A stretch of 48,735 nucleotides of DNA. Source: Acidobacteriota bacterium. GTDB taxonomy: Bacteria > Acidobacteriota > Thermoanaerobaculia > UBA5066. Location of the stretch: NCBI GenBank assembly GCA_037443065.1, contig JBBIPB010000003.1, positions 1 through 48,735 on the forward strand, written 5' to 3'. The notes under the pieces were generated by a model that worked only from the letters and a program-made list of their open reading frames with translations, was not told the origin of the DNA and searched no databases. Shown here one piece after another: positions 7,308-16,303 of this stretch (the first letter of the stretch is position 1; every line of letters begins with the position of its first letter). A program made the translations under genes and the position numbers.

Positions 7308-8576
7308 ATGGGCGCTGTCGGCCAGCCGGTCAAGGTCACCGACGGAAAGTCCCTCTCAGCCGAACTCACGCGCATCGCCGACATCTGCCACGGCTGCCGG
7401 CGCTGCTTCTCGCTCTGCCCGTCCTTCGACGTCCTGTTCAAGGGGCTCGACACGGCGGAGGTGGACGGCGACGTGGAGAAGCTGCCAGCGAAGGTCTTCG
7501 ACGATTTCGTGGACCTCTGCTACGAGTGCAAGCTCTGCCTGCCGCACTGCCCGTACATCCCGCCGCACCGGTGGCACGTCGACATCCCGCACCTCGTCCT
7601 CGAGGCGCGGCGGACCCGGCGCGAGGCGGCCGGGCTTCCGCTCCGGGAGCGGATGCTCTCGAACCCGGACCGGCTCGGGCGCCTCGCGTCGCCGGTCGCG
7701 CCACTCGCGAACTTCGTGAACGCTCTTCCCGCCGTCCGGTGGGCCCTGGAGAAGACGGCCGGCATCTCGGCGAAGAAGGACCTGCCGCGCTTCGCCGGGG
7801 AGACGTTCACGGCCTGGTTCCGGAAGCGGCCGGCTCCGGCGGCGCGCCCGGATCCGTCCGCGAAGGTCGTCTTCTACCCGACCTGCTCCGTCGAGTGGAA
7901 CCGGCCGGAGATCGGGAAGGCGGCCGTCCAGGTCCTCGAGCATTCCGGTGTCGAGGTCGTCGTCGAGTACCCGCGCTGCTGTGGGATGCCGTTCTTCGAC
8001 GTCGGGGACGTTCCGTCCGCGGTCGAGGCCCGGACGGACGTCGTGCGCGCTCTCCTGCCCTGGGTGGAGAAGGGGTACGCCGTCGTCACCCCCGGTCCTT
8101 CCTGCTCGCTGATGATCAAGAAGGAGTACCCGTGGCTCGGCGGGGGGGACGCCGTGGAGCGGGTCGGAAAGGCCACCCGCGACCTCTTCGAGTTCCTGAT
8201 GGAGCTGAAGGGGAAGCGGCGCCTCGCCCTCGACTTCCCCCGCGCGCCGAAGTCGATTGCCTACCACCTCCCCTGCCACCTGAAGGTGCAGAACATCGGC
8301 TACAGGTCCCGCGACCTCCTCGCCCTCACCGGGGCGGCCGTGACGATGGTCGAGAAGTGCTCCGGACACGACGGGACCTGGGCGATGAAGGCCGAGTACT
8401 TCGACGAGTCGATGAAGGTGGGGAAGAAGCTCTTCGACGGCCTCGCCGCGGCCCAAGCCGAGGTCGTCGCGTCCGACTGTCCGCTCGCCGGCGTCCAGAT
8501 CCGGCAGGGGATGGGAGTCCCGGTCCTCCATCCGGCGGAGGTGCTCCGGAACGCCTACGGCCTGTCGACCAACTGA
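7308..8576 (+). CDS. Heterodisulfide-reductase-related (HdrD/GlpC-like) Fe-S protein with CCG domains
   Basis: Two CxxCxxCxxxCP ferredoxin motifs are present (CHGCRRCFSLCP and CYECKLCLPHCP). They are followed by two cysteine-rich CCG-type repeats (PTCS..RCCGMPF and LPCH..EKCSGHDG). Confidence 0.75.
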   Translation: MGAVGQPVKVTDGKSLSAELTRIADICHGCRRCFSLCPSFDVLFKGLDTAEVDGDVEKLPAKVFDDFVDLCYECKLCLPHCPYIPPHRWHVDIPHLVLEARRTRREAAGLPLRERMLSNPDRLGRLASPVAPLANFVNALPAVRWALEKTAGISAKKDLPRFAGETFTAWFRKRPAPAARPDPSAKVVFYPTCSVEWNRPEIGKAAVQVLEHSGVEVVVEYPRCCGMPFFDVGDVPSAVEARTDVVRALLPWVEKGYAVVTPGPSCSLMIKKEYPWLGGGDAVERVGKATRDLFEFLMELKGKRRLALDFPRAPKSIAYHLPCHLKVQNIGYRSRDLLALTGAAVTMVEKCSGHDGTWAMKAEYFDESMKVGKKLFDGLAAAQAEVVASDCPLAGVQIRQGMGVPVLHPAEVLRNAYGLSTN

Positions 8577-8593
8577 GAATCGAAAGGGAACGG

Positions 8594-9187
8594 ATGCGGA
8601 AGATCGAGCTCTCGGACGTCAAGAACCTCCATGAATACGAGCTGATCCGGGACGGCTGGCGCCGGAACGTCATCGCCGAGAAGGCGCGGCGGCGCATCCT
8701 CCTCGGCCCGATCATGTCGCTCGTCTTCGAGAACCGCCTGACGGTGCTCGGCCAGATTCAGGAGATGTGCCGCGCCGAGCGGATCGTGAGGCCCGACGCC
8801 ATCCGGCACGAGATCGACACGTACAACGAGCTTCTGCCTGACGCGGGAGAGGTGGCGGCGACTCTCCTGATCGAAATCACGGAAGAACGGGAGATCCAGG
8901 CCCGGCTGGACGGTCTCGTCGGCCTCACGACCGGGCGCCATCTCTTCTTCGAGCTCGGAGATCGCCGCGCGCCGGCCCGGTTCCTCGGCGGGCAGAGCCG
9001 GGAGGACCGGATCGCGGCCGTCCAGTACCTCCGGTTCTCTCTCGGCGACGACGAGGCGACGCGTGAAGCCCTTCTCGACCGCCGGGTCCCGGCGGCGATC
9101 CGCGCAGAGCATCCGAACTACGAGGCGGCCGCGTCCCTCTCTCTCGAGACGCGAAAGGAGCTGGCCCGCGACCTCGGGACGGAGTGA
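8594..9187 (+). CDS. DUF3501-like protein of unknown function
   Basis: The start is the internal ATG of track ORF 7526..9187. The 197-aa protein directly follows the CCG Fe-S gene, which I recall as the usual DUF3501 neighbourhood. The assignment is from memory, not a search. Confidence 0.5.
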   Translation: MRKIELSDVKNLHEYELIRDGWRRNVIAEKARRRILLGPIMSLVFENRLTVLGQIQEMCRAERIVRPDAIRHEIDTYNELLPDAGEVAATLLIEITEEREIQARLDGLVGLTTGRHLFFELGDRRAPARFLGGQSREDRIAAVQYLRFSLGDDEATREALLDRRVPAAIRAEHPNYEAAASLSLETRKELARDLGTE

Positions 9188-9191
9188 CGGC

Positions 9192-9683
9192 GTGAAGATT
9201 CATCTCCTGAGGCATGCCGAAGCCGAGGACTCGTCCCCCTCCGGCCGTGACGCCGACCGGCGGCTGACCGATGCCGGCCGGAAGAGGATGCGGCTCGTGG
9301 CGAAGGCCATCGCGAAGATGGACCCCCGGTACGACGCCATCCTCGTCTCGCCTCTCGTCCGGTCGCGCCAGACGGCCGAGCCTGTCGGCCAGGCCTGCGG
9401 CTTCCGGAAGGCGCTGCTGGTGACGCGGAGCCTCCTTCCGAACGCCGATCCCGAGGAGGTCCTTGTGGAACTCGGGAAGATCGGGGCCGGAAGCGTCCTC
9501 CTCGTCGGCCACCAGCCCCACTTCGGCCGGCTCCTCGGCCGGCTCGCGACCGGCCGGAGGGACGCGGAAATTCCGATGAAGAAGGCAGGACTCGCGGAAG
9601 TCGAGATCGACGGCGATCCGTCGGTCGCCCGGGCCGAGCTGAAGTGGCTCCTCTCGCCGCGCCTCCTCGAGGAGAGGGCCTGA
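9192..9683 (+). CDS. sixA: Phosphohistidine phosphatase SixA (histidine phosphatase superfamily)
   Basis: The GTG start gives VKIHLLRHAEA with the RHG-type motif. SPLVRSRQTAE and LVGHQP are also typical of SixA. Confidence 0.75.
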   Translation: MKIHLLRHAEAEDSSPSGRDADRRLTDAGRKRMRLVAKAIAKMDPRYDAILVSPLVRSRQTAEPVGQACGFRKALLVTRSLLPNADPEEVLVELGKIGAGSVLLVGHQPHFGRLLGRLATGRRDAEIPMKKAGLAEVEIDGDPSVARAELKWLLSPRLLEERA

Positions 9684-9752
9684 CGGGCGCCGGGCCGCGG
9701 TCCGCTCCATCCTGATAGCATTCCAGCCCCGAAAGGGAGGAGATCGGCATTT

Positions 9753-10352
9753 ATGGGTAAGGGCCTCGTCCTCGGTTGTCTCGTCTTCGTTCTCGTAGGC
9801 GTCCTCGTCCTCGGCGGCTGGGCCGCCGGCACCTACAACCGGCTCAACGAAGCGGATCAGAAGCTCACGGCGGCCTGGGCACAGGTGGAGAACCAGTACC
9901 AGCGCCGGATGGACCTGATCCCGAACGTCGTCGAGACGGTGAAGGGGGCCGCAACCTTCGAGAAGGAGACGCTCGAAGGGGTGATCAAGGCCCGCGCGTC
10001 GGCGACGCAGGTGAAGGTGGACGCCAACAGCATCAAGGACCCCGCCACATTCGCGCAGTTTCAGAAGGCGCAGGATCAGCTGGGAGGCGCTCTCGCGCGC
10101 CTTCTCGTCGCCGTGGAGAAGTACCCGGAGCTGAAGGCGGTCCAGGGCTTCCGCGACCTTCAGGTGCAGCTCGAGGGTACCGAGAACAGGATCGCCGTGG
10201 CGCGGCAGGACTTCAACAACGCCGCGCTCTCCTACAACACGCTCCGGCGCTCGTTCCCGACCGTCATCGTCGCCAACTTCGCCGGCTTCAAGGAGCGGCC
10301 GTACTTCAAGGCTGTCGAAGGCGCGGCGACACCGCCGGCTGTCAAGTTCTGA
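9753..10352 (+). CDS. lemA: LemA family protein
   Basis: An N-terminal transmembrane helix is followed by YNRL...AWAQVENQYQRR.DLIPN.V..VKG...FE, the LemA signature. Confidence 0.85.
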   Translation: MGKGLVLGCLVFVLVGVLVLGGWAAGTYNRLNEADQKLTAAWAQVENQYQRRMDLIPNVVETVKGAATFEKETLEGVIKARASATQVKVDANSIKDPATFAQFQKAQDQLGGALARLLVAVEKYPELKAVQGFRDLQVQLEGTENRIAVARQDFNNAALSYNTLRRSFPTVIVANFAGFKERPYFKAVEGAATPPAVKF

Positions 10353-11095
10353 AGAACCGCTGGCCATCCACGTTCCTGGGGCTCGCGCTGCTGGCGCTGG
10401 GCGCCGCTTCGTCGGCAGCTGCGCCCGTCGTGCCTCCCGCCCCGAAGGAGTTCGTGACCGATCGTGCCGGCGTCCTGACGCCGGCGACGCGCGCGTCGCT
10501 CGAGAGCCGCCTCCGGGAGTTCGAGGCCTCGACCTCGAACCAGTTCCTCGTTTACATCGACCGGCGGGTTCCCGACGGGACGACGCTCGAGGAGTTCACG
10601 GTGGCGACCGCGCGCGCCTGGCGGGCGGGAGACAAGGCGAGGAACAACGGTCTCGTCCTCTTCGTCTTCCCCGAGTCGCATGCGGCCCGGTTCGAGGTGG
10701 GCTACGGCCTCGAGGGGGCTCTCCCCGACGCTCTCGCCGGGAGGATTCTCCGGGACGAGGCGATCCCACATTTCCGTTCCGGCGACTGGGACGGCGGCGT
10801 CCGGGCCGCGGTCGACGGGGCGATCGCCGCGACGAAAGGGGAATACGTCGGGGCCGGCCGCCACACCTCGGCGCCGCGACAAGGCGGCGGAAACCCCTCC
10901 TTTGTCATCCTTCTCGTCATATTCATCGTCCTCCCGATCGTCTTCGGCGTCCTCCGCGGGGGCGGCGGCGGTCGGGGCCGCTACTGGTACATCGGCGGCG
11001 GCGGCTTCGGGGGCGGGGGTTTTGGCGGCGGCGGCGGCGGCTTTTCCGGAGGGGGAGGCTCGTTCGGCGGCGGCGGCGCGAGCGGGAGCTGGTGA
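10349..11095 (+). CDS. TPM-domain protein (YgcG-like) with a transmembrane helix and a Gly-rich tail. The start is uncertain.
   Basis: The protein has a signal peptide LGLALLALGAASSAAA, a TPM core (VTDRAGVL..., GYGLEG.LPD) and a GGGFGGGG tail. No ATG, GTG or TTG precedes the signal peptide, so CTG at 10349, which overlaps the lemA stop, is proposed. Confidence 0.7.
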   Translation: MKNRWPSTFLGLALLALGAASSAAAPVVPPAPKEFVTDRAGVLTPATRASLESRLREFEASTSNQFLVYIDRRVPDGTTLEEFTVATARAWRAGDKARNNGLVLFVFPESHAARFEVGYGLEGALPDALAGRILRDEAIPHFRSGDWDGGVRAAVDGAIAATKGEYVGAGRHTSAPRQGGGNPSFVILLVIFIVLPIVFGVLRGGGGGRGRYWYIGGGGFGGGGFGGGGGGFSGGGGSFGGGGASGSW

Positions 11096-11103
11096 GGGAC
11101 GTG

Positions 11104-11565
11104 ATGCCGAAACGAACGGTGACGAAGGACTTCTTCGAGGGGCTCGACCGCCCGGCCATCGTCGAGGCGATCCGGAAGGCCGAAGGGAAGGGGCGCGGCG
11201 AGATCCGGGTCCACCTCCAGCACGGACGGGTCGCCGACCCGCGAAAGGCCGCGGAGGCGACCTTCCTCCGGCTGGGGATGGACCGGACTGTCCACCGGAC
11301 GGGGTGCCTCGTCTTCATCGCCCCGGAGGAACGGTCGTTCGCCGTCGTCGGCGACGTCGCGATCCACGAGAAAGTGGGGGACGCCTTCTGGCTCGGCGCG
11401 CGGGACGCCGCGGCCGCACGGTTCGCGGAAGGGAAGTTCACCGAGGGGATCGTGGCGGCCATCGACCGGATCGGGGACGTCCTCGCGGAGCATTTTCCGA
11501 GGGCCTCCGGCGAGAAGGACGCGGACGAGCTGTCGAACGAGGTGAGCGAGGCCGGAAAGCCCTGA
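11104..11565 (+). CDS. TPM-domain protein (cytoplasmic-type, DUF477-like)
   Basis: I.AIRKAE..GRGEIRVHL, a FIAPEERSFAVVGD-type core and its position as third member of the LemA-TPM-TPM operon support the call. An alternative GTG start lies at 11092. Confidence 0.65.
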   Translation: MPKRTVTKDFFEGLDRPAIVEAIRKAEGKGRGEIRVHLQHGRVADPRKAAEATFLRLGMDRTVHRTGCLVFIAPEERSFAVVGDVAIHEKVGDAFWLGARDAAAARFAEGKFTEGIVAAIDRIGDVLAEHFPRASGEKDADELSNEVSEAGKP

Positions 11566-11577
11566 TTGGCCGTGACT

Positions 11578-11606
11578 TTGACAGTTGGGGTCCGGGGTGG
11601 TACTTT
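11578..11606 (+). promoter_or_regulatory. Candidate sigma-70 promoter of the rplU operon (TTGACA-17 nt-TACTTT)
   Basis: A perfect -35 hexamer lies at 11578-11583 and the -10-like element at 11601-11606, 34 nt before the rplU ATG. Confidence 0.4.
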
Positions 11607-11639
11607 TTGCGGCCCTTTTTTACCGGAGGTTTCGAGACC

Positions 11640-11960
11640 ATGTACGCCGTGATCCAGTCGGGAGGCAAGCAGGTCCGCGTCGCCGAAGGCGACGTGGTCC
11701 GCGTCGAGCGCCTCACGAAGGAGCCCCTCACGAAGGGGGCCGAAGTCGTCCTGAACGAGGTCCTCGCCGTCGGCAAGGATGACGGGCTCTTTCTCGGTTC
11801 GCCGCTCGTTTCGGGCGCGTCCGTCAAAGGGGTCGTGGTCCGGGAGATGCGCGGGCCCAAGCTGATCGTCTTCAAGAAGAAGCGCCGGAAGGGGTTCAAG
11901 CGGATGCACGGCCACCGGCAGAATCTCGTCGAGATCCGGATCGCATCCATCACGGCCTGA
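11640..11960 (+). CDS. rplU: 50S ribosomal protein L21
   Basis: [16 protein letters not shown] is the canonical L21 N-terminus. The start is the internal ATG of track ORF 10680..11960. Confidence 0.95.
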   Translation: MYAVIQSGGKQVRVAEGDVVRVERLTKEPLTKGAEVVLNEVLAVGKDDGLFLGSPLVSGASVKGVVVREMRGPKLIVFKKKRRKGFKRMHGHRQNLVEIRIASITA

Positions 11961-11982
11961 GTCGCCGGCGGAGGTCCTCACC

Positions 11983-12252
11983 ATGGCTCACAAAAAAGGA
12001 CAGGGTTCCTCCCGGAACGGGCGGGACAGCAACAGCCAGCGTCTCGGCGTGAAGCGCTTCGCGGGACAGCTCGTGACCGGGGGCTCGATCCTCGTCCGCC
12101 AGCGCGGAACGCCGCTCAAGCCCGGGGCGAACGTCGGGCGCGCGAAGGACGACTCGCTCTTCGCGAAGGTGGCGGGGATCGTCGACTTCCACGACAAGGG
12201 CCGCCTCGGCCGCTACGTCAGCGTCACGCCCGTTCCTCCCGCGTCGAACTGA
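11983..12252 (+). CDS. rpmA: 50S ribosomal protein L27
   Basis: [24 protein letters not shown] is the canonical L27 sequence. Confidence 0.95.
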   Translation: MAHKKGQGSSRNGRDSNSQRLGVKRFAGQLVTGGSILVRQRGTPLKPGANVGRAKDDSLFAKVAGIVDFHDKGRLGRYVSVTPVPPASN

Positions 12253-13955
<1,703 letters not shown>

Positions 13956-14053
13956 TCCCGGCGGCTCCGCCTGCGATCTCCGCTCCGCTTCCGGGGCCGG
14001 CGCGGGAGACGGGAGCGGCCGAGGCGGCCGCCGACGAGCGGCTCGTCGCCCAG

Positions 14054-14383
14054 GTGAAGAGAGCGGTGGCGGCGCTCCTCGACAAGAAGGCGGAGAAGCT
14101 CGTCGTCCTCAATCTCGGCTCTCTGACGGCGATGTCGGACTATTTCATCCTTGCCTCGGCCACGAGCGACCGCCAGGCGCAGGCGCTCGCCGACGCCGTC
14201 GAGCAGGCGATGAAGGCGGATGGACGGCGTCCGCTCTCGACGGAGGGATACCAGCGCGCGACCTGGATCCTCCTCGACTACGGTGACGCCGTATTCCACA
14301 TCTTCCACGACGAGGCTCGGCGCTTCTATGGACTCGACCGGCTCTGGGGCGACGCGCCCGACGCCACCGCGCGCTTCAGTTAG
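14054..14383 (+). CDS. rsfS: Ribosome silencing factor RsfS (iojap-like)
   Basis: The sequence LLDKKAEKLVVLNL......DYFILASATSDRQAQALAD.V.....W.LLDYGD.V.HIF....R.FY.L..LW matches the family. The GTG at 14054 was chosen. There is no ATG in frame, and a CTG at 13952 is an alternative. Confidence 0.8.
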   Translation: MKRAVAALLDKKAEKLVVLNLGSLTAMSDYFILASATSDRQAQALADAVEQAMKADGRRPLSTEGYQRATWILLDYGDAVFHIFHDEARRFYGLDRLWGDAPDATARFS

Positions 14384-14387
14384 GGCG

Positions 14388-15338
14388 ATGGCCGGCGCCC
14401 GGCGCCCTCCGTCCCCGACCCCTCTCTTCGCGACCCGTCACCGCGGGCTGAAGCAGCAACTCGCGCGCCTCGAACGAACGCTCGACTCGGCGACGACCGT
14501 GCTGATCCTCGGCGCTCCGGGCACGGGGAAAGACCGGCTGGCCCGGCTCCTTCACGAGCGCTCGCGCCGGCACGCCGAGCCGTTCGTCCGCATCGATCTC
14601 GCGGCGATTCCGGACGACCTGTTCGAGAGCGAGCTCTTCGGTCACGAGCGCGGCGCCTTCACGGGCGCCGTCGCCGCCAAGCCCGGACTCCTCGAGGGGG
14701 CCGGAGAGGGGACGGTTTACCTGGACCGGATCGACGTCCTCTCGCCCCGCGCCCAGGGAAAGCTCCTCCGCGTCCTCGAGGAGCGGCTTTTTCGCCGGGT
14801 CGGGGGGACGCGTCCCCTCACCGTTCGGGCCCGGCTCGTCGCCTCGGCTGCGCCGGACCTTCCACGCCGCGCGCGGACCGGCGAGTTTCGCGAGGACCTC
14901 TTCTACCGGCTCGCCGTCGTGACCGTGCATCTCCCGACGCTCGCCGAGCGCCGCGGCGACCTCGTGGCTGGCGCGCGCGCGGCCGCGCGCGAGGCCGGAG
15001 GGCCCGAGCGGCTCACCCCGTCCGCCGAAGCGATGCTCCGGGAGCGTCCCTGGAGAGGGAACTGGCGCGAGCTCGAGAACGTCGTCCGGCGCGGCGCCAT
15101 CGAGGCGCGGAACGCCGGGGCTCCGGCGCTGGACGTCCACCATCTTCGGACGGTCGGATCGAACGACCCGGAGGCGCTCCTTTCCGAAGCGACACGCTCG
15201 GGCTGGACGCTCCGGCGCCTCACGGACGCCTACGTCGACGTCATTCTCGAGGAGTCGGGCGGGAACGTCTCGGAGGCGGCCCGGCGGCTCGGCATCGCCC
15301 GCAAGACGCTCTACGAGAGGCGCCGCAGGCGGCCATGA
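14388..15338 (+). CDS. Sigma-54-dependent transcriptional activator (EBP) lacking any sensory or receiver domain. Walker B is atypical.
   Basis: The protein has Walker A GAPGTGKD, an intact GAFTGA loop (HERGAFTGA), sensor II WRGNWRELENV and a Fis-type HTH (GGNVSEAARRLGIARKTLYER). Walker B reads VYLDRI (Asp-Arg) where the family has LDE. Only about 40 residues precede Walker A. Confidence 0.8.
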   Translation: MAGARRPPSPTPLFATRHRGLKQQLARLERTLDSATTVLILGAPGTGKDRLARLLHERSRRHAEPFVRIDLAAIPDDLFESELFGHERGAFTGAVAAKPGLLEGAGEGTVYLDRIDVLSPRAQGKLLRVLEERLFRRVGGTRPLTVRARLVASAAPDLPRRARTGEFREDLFYRLAVVTVHLPTLAERRGDLVAGARAAAREAGGPERLTPSAEAMLRERPWRGNWRELENVVRRGAIEARNAGAPALDVHHLRTVGSNDPEALLSEATRSGWTLRRLTDAYVDVILEESGGNVSEAARRLGIARKTLYERRRRRP

Positions 15339-15805
15339 AGATCCGCTTCCTCTTCGTCGGCAAGAACGACGACGCCGAGTACGCCCGGGGGATCGCGCGG
15401 TACGTGGAGCGGATCTCGCGGTTCGTCCCGGCCGAGACGGTCATCGTGAAGGAGGAGAAGACCGGAGTGAAGGCGGACCCGACGCGGGTGCGGAAAGCCG
15501 AGGGGGATCGGCTGCTCGCGGCCTTGAAGCCGAAGGACCTCTTCGTCCTCTGCGACGAGGCGGGGCCCGAGCGGACGAGCGGCGAGTTCGCGGCCGACCT
15601 CAGGAGCTGGCTCGATTCCTCCCCCTCGGCGCTGGTCTTCGGGGTCGGAGGAGCCTTCGGGCTGGACCCGGCTCTCCGGCGGCGGGCGCGTGCTATCCTC
15701 CCGCTCTCCCGAATGACCCTGCCCCATCAGCTCGCACGGCTCGTTCTGGCAGAGCAGGTCTATCGGGCGGTCGCGGCGCTTCGAGGCGTCGCGTATTCCA
15801 AGTGA
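15335..15805 (+). CDS. rlmH: 23S rRNA (pseudouridine1915-N3)-methyltransferase RlmH
   Basis: This is a SPOUT-class protein of 156 aa. The pattern F..GG..G........A.....LS.MT.PHQL.R..L.EQ.YRA is typical of RlmH. Its ATG overlaps the EBP stop (ATGA). Confidence 0.85.
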   Translation: MKIRFLFVGKNDDAEYARGIARYVERISRFVPAETVIVKEEKTGVKADPTRVRKAEGDRLLAALKPKDLFVLCDEAGPERTSGEFAADLRSWLDSSPSALVFGVGGAFGLDPALRRRARAILPLSRMTLPHQLARLVLAEQVYRAVAALRGVAYSK

Positions 15806-15822
15806 CCGGGGGATTCCAGACG

Positions 15823-16212
15823 ATGGCTCCCAAGAGCGCCACGGCGCCAGTCAAGATCGCGAAGAAGGACGGCCACGAGAGGTTCCGCAAGCGGCTCCTC
15901 GCCAAGCGGGAGGAGCTCCTGAAGGACCTCGAGAAGAACCGCGAGGTCACCGACGAGACGACGGACGAGTCCGCGCAGGACATGGTGGACCGCGCGACGT
16001 CGGCGTACACGAAGGAGTTCGTCTACTCCCTTTCCGAGAACGACCGCCGGATCCTCCTGCTGATCGACCAGGCCCTCGAGCGGCTGGACGCCGGCATCTA
16101 CGGCACCTGCGTCCACTGCAGCCAGCCCTGTCAGGAGAAGCGGCTCGAGGCCGTTCCCTGGGCCCGGCACTGCCTCGACTGCCAGGAGCTGCAGGACAAA
16201 GGGCTGATCTGA
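15823..16212 (+). CDS. DksA/TraR-family C4 zinc-finger protein
   Basis: A coiled-coil N-terminus is followed by CVHCSQPC...ARHCLDC (CxxC-N17-CxxC). The ATG at 15823 is preceded by ggggga. An alternative GTG start lies at 15802. Confidence 0.75.
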   Translation: MAPKSATAPVKIAKKDGHERFRKRLLAKREELLKDLEKNREVTDETTDESAQDMVDRATSAYTKEFVYSLSENDRRILLLIDQALERLDAGIYGTCVHCSQPCQEKRLEAVPWARHCLDCQELQDKGLI

Positions 16213-16303
16213 TTCGCAGGGGGGCGACGTCCGCCGATGCGCAGCGTGATGCCGGGTTCGCCCCCCCCGCTCTCCCCCCCGATCCCGTTCTAGGATCGGC
16301 TTC

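Noticed and set aside
10960-11092. Runs of ggc/ggg repeats, considered as a tandem repeat or microsatellite
   Set aside because: They encode the Gly-rich C-terminal tail (GGGFGGGGFGGGGGGFSGGGG) that is typical of YgcG-type TPM proteins. This is coding low complexity, not a non-coding repeat or CRISPR.
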